Assembly (NCBI GenBank): GCA_965217115.1
Contig: OZ244239.1
Span: forward strand, 928,001-992,000
DNA from: Bdellovibrionales bacterium
GTDB lineage: Bacteria; Bdellovibrionota; Bdellovibrionia; Bdellovibrionales; CAYMLA01
Direction of reading: 5' to 3'
Length of the DNA: 64,000 nucleotides
Position numbers and translations under genes: made by a program. The notes beneath the pieces were generated by a model. It worked only from the letters and a program-made list of their open reading frames with translations, searched no databases and was not told the origin of the DNA. This document shows, in pieces, positions 49,050 to 57,978 of this stretch (position 1 is its first letter; each line of letters opens with the position of its first letter).

Positions 49050-50836
49050 TCTGTTGGCTTCTTTTTTCTCCAACTAAGAGATAACTCAGCCAATTGCTTA
49101 TCATCAACTTCACTGGGAGCTTGAGCCATTAAATCTGAAGCTTGGGTTGTTTTTGGAAATGCAATCACTTCACGGATAGCATCCGTTCCACATAAAATCA
49201 TCGATAATCGATCCATTCCCCATGCAAAACCTCCGTGGGGCGGAGTTCCATAGGACAATGCTTCAACAAAATAACCAAATTTCTCTTGAATCTCATTTTG
49301 TTCCAACCCTAATGCTTTAAACATAGCATTCTGTACATTAGAATCATGAATACGAATACTTCCTCCACCTAATTCATAGCCATTGCAAACAAGATCATAA
49401 GCCTTGGCTAAAATACCAGCGTATTGACTCTCTTCACCCTGAAGCAAGGCTTCCTTAGAACTCTCCGTCACCATCGTAAAAGGATGATGACATGAATACC
49501 AACGTTTATCTTCCTCAGAGTATTCAAACAATGGAAAATCTGTCACCCAAAGAAATTTATCCTTGGACTTATCAATCAAATTTAACTCTTCAGCTAAGTG
49601 TAAACGCAAAGATGATAATGCCCTACTCGCTATAGAAAAGCTATCTGCTACAATCAAAGCCACATCTCCGTGTTCAGCACCCGTCGCTGAAAAGATATCT
49701 TGTAATTTTTGTTCTGAAAAAAACTTCGCTACAGGAGATGATAATTTTTCTCCATCTGATTTTATCCAAACCAAACCCTTGGCGCCTGACTTCTTGACCA
49801 TATCCGTCAGCTTATCAAGCTTACCACGGGAATAAGACCCACAACCGGGAACTGCAATCCCCTTTACGACTCCTCCACTAGATAGAATATTACTAAAAAC
49901 CTTAAACTCTTCACCCTCAACGACTTTCACAAGATCTTTAAGCTCCATACCAAAACGAGTATCTGGTTTATCACAACCATATTGAGCCATTGCCTCTTGA
50001 TAGGTCATCCGTGGAATCTCTCCTATCTCAACCTCTTTTATCTGCTTCCAAATATAACGAGCCATTTGCTCATTAAGGTTTAGAACATCTTCAATATCCA
50101 CAAAAGACATTTCTAAATCAATCTGTGTAAACTCTGGTTGGCGATCTGCACGGAGGTCTTCATCACGAAAGCACCTAGCAATCTGATAATAACGATCAAA
50201 ACCCGCGACCATTAAAAGTTGTTTTAACGTTTGAGGGCTTTGCGGCAAGGCATAACAAGCCCCTGGATGCACACGGGAGGGGACTAAATAATCTCTTGCT
50301 CCCTCAGGGGTGCTCTTATATAAAATAGGAGTTTCAATTTCATAAAATTTTTCTTTATTAAGAAACTCCCTCACAACAGACGAAATTTGATGTCGAGTTT
50401 TGATGAATTCTTGTAATCTCTGCGTACGTAAATCCAAGTAACGATACTGAAGGCGCAAATTATCGCCAACATTCGTATCAGATATCTGAAATGGAGGAGT
50501 TTTTGCCACAGAAAGGATTTCTGTGCATTGAGCGACAACCTCAACTTCACCTGTCGACATGTCTTTATTCACCATTCCCTCTGGGCGAGCCCTCACCTTA
50601 CCATGCACGGCGACCACATATTCATGACGAAAATCCTTCGCCACAGAAACTTCGCCATCATTAGGATCAAAAACAACCTGTAAAACTCCCTCTCTATCAC
50701 GGAGATTCACAAAAATGAGTCCACCTAAGTCACGACGGGAATCTACCCAACCCATCACTGTCACGCTCTGATCAATGGTCTCTACGCCTAATTCTCCACA
50801 ATAATGAGTTCTTCTCTGGTTACTTATAAAATCCAT
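49046..50836 (-). CDS. aspS: Aspartate--tRNA ligase
   Basis: RTHYCG, YRYLDLR, STPEGARDYLVPSR, CFRDEDLRADRQPEFTQIDLE, GTPPHGG, VIAFPKT. Confidence 0.99.
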   Translation of the reverse strand: MDFISNQRRTHYCGELGVETIDQSVTVMGWVDSRRDLGGLIFVNLRDREGVLQVVFDPNDGEVSVAKDFRHEYVVAVHGKVRARPEGMVNKDMSTGEVEVVAQCTEILSVAKTPPFQISDTNVGDNLRLQYRYLDLRTQRLQEFIKTRHQISSVVREFLNKEKFYEIETPILYKSTPEGARDYLVPSRVHPGACYALPQSPQTLKQLLMVAGFDRYYQIARCFRDEDLRADRQPEFTQIDLEMSFVDIEDVLNLNEQMARYIWKQIKEVEIGEIPRMTYQEAMAQYGCDKPDTRFGMELKDLVKVVEGEEFKVFSNILSSGGVVKGIAVPGCGSYSRGKLDKLTDMVKKSGAKGLVWIKSDGEKLSSPVAKFFSEQKLQDIFSATGAEHGDVALIVADSFSIASRALSSLRLHLAEELNLIDKSKDKFLWVTDFPLFEYSEEDKRWYSCHHPFTMVTESSKEALLQGEESQYAGILAKAYDLVCNGYELGGGSIRIHDSNVQNAMFKALGLEQNEIQEKFGYFVEALSYGTPPHGGFAWGMDRLSMILCGTDAIREVIAFPKTTQASDLMAQAPSEVDDKQLAELSLSWRKKKPTD

Positions 50837-51008
50837 GGCCTGTCCTTATTTCTGATAATCATAATAAGCTTATTGCCAAACGGCTACTATTTTCATTACT
50901 CAGGTCTTAAACCTGAATGAACGTATTATTAATGCCTCTCATTGAATCTGAGGTTTTTTCACCTCGAGCCTACGACGCAAGTGTCTAACCATGGTCGCCA
51001 GAGCCATA
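50835..51008 (-). ncRNA. Candidate structured 5' leader or small RNA upstream of aspS
   Basis: Long closing helix UCUGGCGACCAUGGU/AUUAUGAUUAUCAGA, inner UUGC/GCAA and GGCU/AGCC helices enclosing three hairpins, and a promoter-like element immediately upstream. Confidence 0.45.
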
Positions 51009-51016
51009 ATATAATA

Positions 51017-51044
51017 ATTCTAGCTACTATGAAAATTTTATCAA
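51017..51044 (-). promoter_or_regulatory. Putative sigma70 promoter for the aspS leader
   Basis: Minus strand TTGATA-N16-TAGAAT. Confidence 0.45.
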
Positions 51045-51249
51045 TTCCCACGATTTTTTTCACTCTATACTAGCACTCCATACCTTGTCCCACACTCTTG
51101 TCCAAGATTCTCTCAAATTCCAAGTGCTTATCTTCTGCGTCAAGGCCATTTTAAAGAGAAAAACTCTAGAAAACACGGTAGATAGTTACAAAAAATGTAT
51201 CTAATGCTATACTCCACGCTAAAAAAACAACACTTTAGCAAGGAACCTT

Positions 51250-51579
51250 ATGCCTCAATTTTCCATCCAATCTCACTCTCGATATAGTGCTGAAGAAACT
51301 TACAACAAAATTAAGGATTATATCTCTTCAGAGCAAGAAAATTTTAAGAATTTTGACCCCACTATACTCATTGAATTTAATGACAGTAATCACTCAATCT
51401 CTTTACGAGGGAAAAAATTTAAAGCTCAATTTGACGTGCAAAATTCTTCAAATGAACCTTCATCAGGAGAGGTCTCATCAAATATTACCGTTAATATAGA
51501 TATTCACTTCATACTATCTCCACTTAAAGGAAAAATTACATCTCTTCTACAAACTCAGTTAAAGGAATATCTTAGCTAA
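51250..51579 (+). CDS. Small protein resembling the 'polyhydroxyalkanoic acid system' (PHA_gran_rgn) family
   Basis: Length and C-terminal VNIDIHFILSPLKGKITSLLQTQL pattern; SD aagga. Confidence 0.55.
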   Translation: MPQFSIQSHSRYSAEETYNKIKDYISSEQENFKNFDPTILIEFNDSNHSISLRGKKFKAQFDVQNSSNEPSSGEVSSNITVNIDIHFILSPLKGKITSLLQTQLKEYLS

Positions 51580-51580
51580 T

Positions 51581-52519
51581 ATGAACAAGAAAAAGCGCTC
51601 AAGCAGAAAAAGCAAAAATCTAAAGGGGGTCGTTTCTGATATCATCAACACGAAGAAGCCACCTTCTTCTTCCCGTTCCCTCACCACTCCCGATCCAGTG
51701 TCTTTATACCTACGAGAAATCAGCCAATATCCTATTCTTTCACGAGAAGAAGAACACGAATTAGCTGTTAAATATAAAGAGACCGGCGATCCTCTTGCCG
51801 CCGAAACTCTCGTAAAATCCAATTTGCGCTTTGTTGTAAAAGTCGCTGCTGAATATTCCAAATTTGGTTCTAAACTTATCGATCTTATTCAAGAGGGTAA
51901 TGTTGGGCTTATGCATGCCGTAAAAGAATTCAACCCCTACAAAGAAGTCAAGCTTATCACTTATGCTGTGTGGTGGATTCGAGGCTACATTCGAGAGTAT
52001 CTTATGCGTCAATATTCCATGGTTAGAATTGGAACCACTCAAAAACAAAGAAAACTCTTCTATAAATTACAAAAAGAATTGGATAACCTAGAAAAACTCG
52101 GCCATGAACCAGATTATAAACTTCTAGGAACCCAGTTAGATGTTTCTGAAAAAGACATACAAGATATGAACCAACGAATGCGCCATCGTGATATTTCATT
52201 GGATACTAAAATTGATTCCGACTCCAACACATCTCTACTGGACCTACAAGCTGATCATCAAATTATTGATGTGGCCACCCAGCTAGAAAAATCAGAAGAA
52301 ATTTCCATCCTTTTAAAAAATATCGAAAGCATTCGCCCACAACTCAACGAGAAAGAAATTTTTATTTTAGAAAATCGCCTTCTAGCTGATCCCGCCATGA
52401 AACTCCAGGAGATTGGCAATAAATACGGGACTTCACGCGAAGCTGTACGTCAAATGGAAGCTCGACTATTAAAGAAAATAAAAGTTCTTTTTGAAGATAG
52501 TATCGGTTTAGACAAATAG
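51581..52519 (+). CDS. rpoH: RpoH/sigma32-like RNA polymerase sigma factor
   Basis: LYLREI, SNLRFVVKVA, DLIQEGNVGLM, YAVWWIR, RpoH-box-like QKQRKLFYKL, SREAVRQME. Confidence 0.88.
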   Translation: MNKKKRSSRKSKNLKGVVSDIINTKKPPSSSRSLTTPDPVSLYLREISQYPILSREEEHELAVKYKETGDPLAAETLVKSNLRFVVKVAAEYSKFGSKLIDLIQEGNVGLMHAVKEFNPYKEVKLITYAVWWIRGYIREYLMRQYSMVRIGTTQKQRKLFYKLQKELDNLEKLGHEPDYKLLGTQLDVSEKDIQDMNQRMRHRDISLDTKIDSDSNTSLLDLQADHQIIDVATQLEKSEEISILLKNIESIRPQLNEKEIFILENRLLADPAMKLQEIGNKYGTSREAVRQMEARLLKKIKVLFEDSIGLDK

Positions 52520-52565
52520 CTCTATTTGTCAGATACATACATAAATGAATACAAGAAAATCTGAT

Positions 52566-52592
52566 TAAAGATAAAGGTCTTAATACCGAATA
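52566..52592 (+). promoter_or_regulatory. Putative sigma28 (FliA) promoter
   Basis: TAAAG-N14-ACCGAATA, compared with consensus TAAAG-N14-GCCGATAA. Confidence 0.5.
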
Positions 52593-52672
52593 GTATGTAA
52601 ACTTTTATAAAAAGACATTAAGTGTCTATGTTTTTTGCACATATACTGAAGCGTCTAACATAAGAACTCTTT

Positions 52673-53641
52673 TTGCCAAAAAGGACTCTAGAGATGAGTT
52701 TTATTAATTCACCTTCACATACCAAGTTCTATGAGTCTATCTCAAATAGAGATTATATTCTTAAATACATTAAATTAGGAAAAAGAGACTTCTCTGACTT
52801 CATTGAATCCTTAAAGAAGGCGCATGTTAGAATTGAAAAATATGAAAGCCAAGTCCACGACCCAGAAGATGTAGAGTTACAAGCTCTCTCTCTAGCTATA
52901 CTCACTACAGCCAAGCACCAAAAACCAGGTCTTATTATCCGTAAGAATACTTTCTTAATAGAGCTAATTCATCTCATTGACGATCTTTTTGATCGTCCTG
53001 ATGGCCTGCCATATGAAATCATGTATCAACATAGATTCGATGCAGAAAAGCTTATTTCTCACATGGAAGAACTCAAACCTGCAGGTCAAGCCATGCTCAA
53101 GCTTGCCCAAACAAAAAAACAGACTGAAGCTATTAAAATGACCCTTTTAAAAACCAATTTTGGTGGATTAATCCAGCGAGCAGATAATTCAGAACTTCAG
53201 CGTAAACTCCTCATTGAATACAGAGAGTTTTCCAGCCAAGGACTTAATAAGGATTTTTCAGCTGATATTCTTAAAATTGATTCTGTACATTATTACATGA
53301 CAACTGGTGTTGCCTCTGAAGCATATTTAGCATTGGATGAGAGAGCAAATCCCAACCTTTCTGAACTAATGAATATTTTAGCCGCGCCCCTTCTTTACAG
53401 TCATAATCATCTTATCGAAATCTCAAAAGGTGAGGCTCACTTTTTCGATCAACCCCACCCAACAGATAAAGGCTCAATGGAAATGCTAGACATAACTCTA
53501 AAACACATAAAAAAATACGACGATTTTTCTGGAATCACAGATCAAATGAATTTTTTTTTGAAACTCTTTAAAGAGAATATTTCCAAAGATCTCTATAACT
53601 ATTACTCTAGCAAGATCATCCCCCTTTTAGAGGAGCTATAG
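52673..53641 (+). CDS. Hypothetical alpha-helical protein with an isoprenoid-synthase-like DDxxD motif
   Basis: LIELIHLIDDLFD. The start is uncertain (TTG 52673 or ATG 52694). Confidence 0.6.
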   Translation: MPKRTLEMSFINSPSHTKFYESISNRDYILKYIKLGKRDFSDFIESLKKAHVRIEKYESQVHDPEDVELQALSLAILTTAKHQKPGLIIRKNTFLIELIHLIDDLFDRPDGLPYEIMYQHRFDAEKLISHMEELKPAGQAMLKLAQTKKQTEAIKMTLLKTNFGGLIQRADNSELQRKLLIEYREFSSQGLNKDFSADILKIDSVHYYMTTGVASEAYLALDERANPNLSELMNILAAPLLYSHNHLIEISKGEAHFFDQPHPTDKGSMEMLDITLKHIKKYDDFSGITDQMNFFLKLFKENISKDLYNYYSSKIIPLLEEL

Positions 53642-53646
53642 GCATG

Positions 53647-54432
53647 CTACGCAAGCCGCAGGTTCTTATCTCCTAAGATAATGATTAACTTGGAACGTAA
53701 ACGAGACACCGCTTGAGCATGAAGCTGGGAGATTCGACTCTCTGTTACACATAAAACCTTGCCTATTTCTTTTAGATTTAAATCTTCGTAATAATACAAT
53801 GACAATACTAAACGCTGACGCTCTGGAAGCTCTTCAATTGCCAATGCGACCAGTTCTTTTACTTTTTTAACACTTAGTTGATTTAAAGGATTGTTATTAA
53901 AATGGCAGCCTTCTAAAATATTTAAGATCGACTTTTTATCAGCATTGCTAAATGTCTGCTGCTCCTCCATAGAAAGTATACTCACTGGCCGAACCTGATT
54001 TACCAAATCATGAAACTCTTCCATCGTTAAATCTAATTTATCAGCGACCTCTTCATCTTTAGCCACTCTTCCCAAGTCTGACTCTAACGCAGCTATCGTT
54101 CTATCTAATAATTTAGATTTATCACGAATAGAACGAGGCACCCAATCTTGAGCCCGTAATTCATCCAAAATGGCACCACGAACACGAAATTCGGCATAAG
54201 TCTTAAACTTATTATCTCGAGTTGGATCGTATTTATCAATAGCATCCATTAACCCTATCACACCACTCGAAATTAAATCATCCAACTCTATGTTTGACGG
54301 TAAACGTATTGCTATTTTTTGAGCAATAAATTTAATCAACGGAGCATACTCTGTGACTAGCTTATCTTTCTGAGCTCTCGTTAATTGATTTGGAGATTCT
54401 TTATATTTCCTTACCGACGAGTTATTTGTCAT
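53647..54432 (-). CDS. fliA: FliA/WhiG (sigma28) sigma factor
   Basis: RLPSNIELDDLISSGVIGLMDA, RGAILDELRAQDWVPRS, LYYYEDLNLKEIG, ESRISQLH. Confidence 0.97.
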   Translation of the reverse strand: MTNNSSVRKYKESPNQLTRAQKDKLVTEYAPLIKFIAQKIAIRLPSNIELDDLISSGVIGLMDAIDKYDPTRDNKFKTYAEFRVRGAILDELRAQDWVPRSIRDKSKLLDRTIAALESDLGRVAKDEEVADKLDLTMEEFHDLVNQVRPVSILSMEEQQTFSNADKKSILNILEGCHFNNNPLNQLSVKKVKELVALAIEELPERQRLVLSLYYYEDLNLKEIGKVLCVTESRISQLHAQAVSRLRSKLIIILGDKNLRLA

Positions 54433-54502
54433 GAATTTTCTCCCCCTTTCCCACTAAGAATATTCTACCAAATAAAAATAAATCTAAAAGTCCAATTTTG
54501 TA

Positions 54503-55306
54503 TTAAGCAACTCCAACTACTTGATTCCAGAAGAAGCCCATCTCATTTTGTTTTTTTAGATCATGTGACAAACTCTCTAAATACCTTCCAATACGTATTA
54601 TTTCACGTTTTGTCGCCCTCTGTTGCCCTTGTCTCATTATAAGACAATCACTATGAAAGCCTCTACGTAAGTAGCCATCCATAGGTATAGACCCTGCGTA
54701 ATCCAGACTTACGTTAAGAAATTTAAACACGACTTCATTGAATTTTTTAAATAAAAAATGGCCATGATTTCCGTCATCGACAAAGTTACAAATAACAGAT
54801 AGCTTTTGTTTTTTATTATTTTCAGTTAACACTTTTATCAAAGCATAGGAGTCAGAAAAACTCGATGGGTTTGGAGTGATAACTACCATTTTTTCCTGAC
54901 AAGCAGAACTCAAATGCAATGTTGTTTCAGATATTCCCGAAGCTGTATCAATTAAAACATAATCAAAGTCAGTTTTTAAATTCACAGTTTCCTCTAATAG
55001 GTAAATTCTTTGATCGAGAGTTAATTTTTGTAAATCATCAAAACTACTTCCACATGGAATTACCCAAACCCTTGGTGTTACTTCCAATAAAACATCGTTC
55101 AATGTTGCAGACTTACTAACAACGTCATAAAGACCTTTACTAGGGCTAATTCCAAACATAATATCAATATTCGCCACACCCATACCAGCATCAAAAATTA
55201 AAACTTTCTTGCCTTGTTTAGCCAAATAACAAGCCAAATTGCATATTAGAGTTGTTCTACCAACGCCATTTTTCCCAGAAATCATACTAATCGTTTTTGT
55301 CTTCAT
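54503..55306 (-). CDS. flhG: FlhG/FleN MinD-like protein with degenerate ATPase motifs
   Basis: SGKNGVGRTT, FDAGMGVANID, LIDTASGIS, DSYALIK; lies between flhF and fliA. Confidence 0.88.
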   Translation of the reverse strand: MKTKTISMISGKNGVGRTTLICNLACYLAKQGKKVLIFDAGMGVANIDIMFGISPSKGLYDVVSKSATLNDVLLEVTPRVWVIPCGSSFDDLQKLTLDQRIYLLEETVNLKTDFDYVLIDTASGISETTLHLSSACQEKMVVITPNPSSFSDSYALIKVLTENNKKQKLSVICNFVDDGNHGHFLFKKFNEVVFKFLNVSLDYAGSIPMDGYLRRGFHSDCLIMRQGQQRATKREIIRIGRYLESLSHDLKKQNEMGFFWNQVVGVA

Positions 55307-55318
55307 ACTCTCTGCCCA

Positions 55319-56431
55319 CTAATTAGAAATTTTAAATATTAAATCTAAAACTCGTTCTCTGGTCGCAATCTCATAATCTTCAGGAATATTACAGCCGACT
55401 CCAAAAGAGTGAAGGGGCACTTGAAATTTTTGTTGAAAATTATACAACAGCCCGTGTTGAATAGATTCATCGACACGATTAAAAATGACATCATCAAAAT
55501 CTGTCATTCGATAACGACGAGCCATTTCAAAAGCATCTTGATCCTTCGTTATCGCCGATTGTACATAATGCACTCGAGATGAAACACCCTGGGGAGGTAA
55601 CATTTTTTTTAATCTAGAGATCTCCTCTAACTCTTTTAACTTAAAACCAGGTGTATCCAGTAAAATATAGTCCACAGACTTTAGCTGCTCTAAAATTTGT
55701 GACCAATTAACCTTTCCACGCAAAATCCCAAAGGGAGCATTCAGAATCTGTGCATAAATCTTTAATTGATCTACAGCCCCCACTTTATCTGTATCTCCAC
55801 TAATAATAGCCACTTTTTTCTTTTCTTTAATAATTAAGTAGCTTGCCATTTTTATCAAACAGGACGTCTTGCCCTGTCCTGACGAACCAACAAAAACATG
55901 AACTTTTTCATTAGCTAATTCTTCAACGACTCGAGTGCTTCCCATGATGTAACGAGCAGCCCATGCATCAATCAAAGTTTCTTTCTTCAACTGGACTGGG
56001 GTTAAACTTTTCTGAGCTTGTAGAAGAATTTTTGCAATAAACTCCTTATCCAAACCCACCTTATTTAACTTTTGATATGTATTGCTTAAATCGTAAGATA
56101 ATCCAAATTTAGCTCCTGGATGAGGCGTTACAAACCCCTGTGGCTCCTTCTTAAACTGATAAATCACATTCTTTAAACGGGACACTTGCTGTTTAAGATT
56201 ATTGATCTCTCCCTGTGAATTACCTTCATCACTCTCTTCTTTCGTGTTTTTTTTCTTCTGAGATATATTATTCGAAATAGCTGCGGTCACTTCAACGCTG
56301 TCTTCACCTAACAAACCGAAGCTTTTTATGTTATCACGGATTGACAGAACAATTGCCTCTGGGCCCATATCCACCTTTACCATCTCTAAAACTTCTTTCA
56401 TTGTTTGAGCTTCAAATTTTCTAACTTGCAT
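55319..56431 (-). CDS. flhF: SRP-family GTPase FlhF
   Basis: MQVRKFEAQTMKEVLEMVKVDMGPEAIVLS, GSSGQGKTS, GAVDQLKIYA, DTPG, GCNIPED. Confidence 0.93.
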   Translation of the reverse strand: MQVRKFEAQTMKEVLEMVKVDMGPEAIVLSIRDNIKSFGLLGEDSVEVTAAISNNISQKKKNTKEESDEGNSQGEINNLKQQVSRLKNVIYQFKKEPQGFVTPHPGAKFGLSYDLSNTYQKLNKVGLDKEFIAKILLQAQKSLTPVQLKKETLIDAWAARYIMGSTRVVEELANEKVHVFVGSSGQGKTSCLIKMASYLIIKEKKKVAIISGDTDKVGAVDQLKIYAQILNAPFGILRGKVNWSQILEQLKSVDYILLDTPGFKLKELEEISRLKKMLPPQGVSSRVHYVQSAITKDQDAFEMARRYRMTDFDDVIFNRVDESIQHGLLYNFQQKFQVPLHSFGVGCNIPEDYEIATRERVLDLIFKISN

Positions 56432-56495
56432 TCTTCAACTCCATGACATTCATCAAAAACATATTGGCATCTTATGTTAATTCATTATACAAAAC
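56421..56495 (-). pseudogene. flhA: Remnant of the extreme 3' end of flhA
   Basis: Frame reads VLYNELT*DANMFLMNVMELKNAS*, matching the FlhA C-terminal VLS(Y/H)NEL motif, with an internal stop. It ends in an overlap with the flhF start (AAT GCA AGT TAG / ATG CAA GTT). Confidence 0.7.
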
Positions 56496-56497
56496 AC

Positions 56498-57466
56498 CTA
56501 CAGCTCCTTCATCCCTTTTAAACCTTTAGAAACAAACTCACGAATACCACCAATAGAAAAGTCATCACTTAAGTTTTCTTGACCCAGATGATCTGGAACT
56601 TGCTCTGGTGAAAAGTCCTCATAGTTCTCTTCTTCATCTAAAAAATCTAGAGACTTAATCATATTGATATTCTGATTTGTAATTCCAATAAGCATGGTCT
56701 CACCTGCTACACGAATTATAGCTAAACTCTTCCTAGATCCTACAGAGTGCTGAGTCAGCACTCGTATCTTGCTATCAGTCAACTGTACTTTTTTGTTTTT
56801 TAACCAACGCTTAATTCCTAAAAAACTCATCGCTAATAAAAAGGCCACAGCTAACAGAGATAGTAACATTTGAACCAAACCTCCAGATTCAGTTGATTTT
56901 TTTTTATCGTGTTGTTTCTTTAGAAGAGGTGTCTTTTCTTCTGATAAAGAAACTTTTTTATTTATAGTCATTTTTTGAGATAGAGATCGCTCCAAACTCT
57001 TTGCCTTAATTATAGATTGAGAATTCCAATCAACATGGCCTTTTTTGGATGCAACGTCATTTTCCACAGGAAGCTGAACCTTGACCGTAACAGTTTTATC
57101 TCTAGTAACAACATTCACCAAACCCTTAAAACGACCCGCTTTGATCCCGTCATAGATCACTCGAACTCTGAGAGTCTCTCTGGCTAATTGATACATATAA
57201 AGACTCTTTACTTTGTTTTTCTGAACTTTTTGAAACTTACGGCCTTCTTTAATTTCTGCTCCTGAAAAATCAATCTGAACAGTCTCGTTTATAAAATTTA
57301 ATTTATGCGATATTCCTTCTACTGATTTATCAAAAATAAAATGCCCAATAAATACCTTGTTGTTGTCATTAAAACTCGTCTGAGTTTCCTTAAGAACGAT
57401 AAGCGATCTTCCATAAGACAGAACAGAGGTTAGTGAAAATAATGAAAGCAACAGTAATCTCTTCAT
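56498..57466 (-). CDS. fliO: FliO-family protein (long form with N-terminal periplasmic domain)
   Basis: Signal peptide MKRLLLLSLF, TM helix, then IRVLTQHSVGSRKSLAIIRVAGETMLIGITNQNINMI (FliO core). ATG at 57466. Confidence 0.85.
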   Translation of the reverse strand: MKRLLLLSLFSLTSVLSYGRSLIVLKETQTSFNDNNKVFIGHFIFDKSVEGISHKLNFINETVQIDFSGAEIKEGRKFQKVQKNKVKSLYMYQLARETLRVRVIYDGIKAGRFKGLVNVVTRDKTVTVKVQLPVENDVASKKGHVDWNSQSIIKAKSLERSLSQKMTINKKVSLSEEKTPLLKKQHDKKKSTESGGLVQMLLSLLAVAFLLAMSFLGIKRWLKNKKVQLTDSKIRVLTQHSVGSRKSLAIIRVAGETMLIGITNQNINMIKSLDFLDEEENYEDFSPEQVPDHLGQENLSDDFSIGGIREFVSKGLKGMKEL

Positions 57467-57558
57467 ACATCTTCTCCATGACAAGGTAATTTCAATTTAA
57501 TTGCATCCCTTTATTTATAACTTTCAACAAATTCACACACCCACCCAACTATTTTCTA

Positions 57559-57575
57559 AGCAACGTAAATGCCAA
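57559..57575 (-). promoter_or_regulatory. Sigma54 (-24/-12) promoter upstream of fliO
   Basis: Minus strand TTGGCATTTACGTTGCT, i.e. GG-N10-GC. Confidence 0.7.
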
Positions 57576-57909
57576 TTAGACCTTAGATAAGCGTTTCTAT
57601 GAATTTGACTAATAGAAAGTCCTAATACTCATACAAAAGCCCAATGTTTCTCGCTCTTTGTACAGAGAGAAAATTGTCACATTATTGACACTAAATGATC
57701 GTCTTGGATTTTAGATAAACACACTTCGTTTTTAAATCAAATTTAGGTACTTTTCTGGAAATTCAACGGCCCAAGAGTGCCTAAGGCGCAATAGACAACC
57801 ATCAATGTCTCTGGCATCTCTTATTTGCTCCAAAAAAGCATTTTTGTCGCTACTCACCGTATTTTAAAAGAACACCCTCGCCCTAAATCCCCGTCAAAGA
57901 CCTGACACA

Positions 57910-57938
57910 TTGACCTTCCACTCCCTTAGGGTTAGCAT
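57910..57938 (+). promoter_or_regulatory. Putative sigma70 promoter for the SPOR gene
   Basis: TTGACC-N17-TAGCAT. Confidence 0.5.
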
Positions 57939-57978
57939 ATTTTAAATATTCTAAATGTTTAATAAGGAGAGCCCTAAC

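Noticed and set aside
50940..51005. GACGCAA...TCTAA...GCC resemblance to a c-di-GMP-I riboswitch, or a T-box
   Set aside because: Lacks the GNRA/receptor P2 and complete P3, is on the wrong strand for aspS, and has no T-box consensus.
50959..51063. 34-codon minus-strand ORF upstream of aspS as a leader peptide
   Set aside because: Not Asp-rich, and it starts upstream of the putative promoter; the RNA structure is a better explanation.
52595..52672. Possible decayed signal peptide upstream of the DDxxD ORF
   Set aside because: Needs a nonsense reversal and two frameshifts to join the ORF; not supportable without homologs.
57467..57558. fliL/fliM/fliN remnants between the sigma54 promoter and fliO
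   Set aside because: No recognisable motif in any frame.
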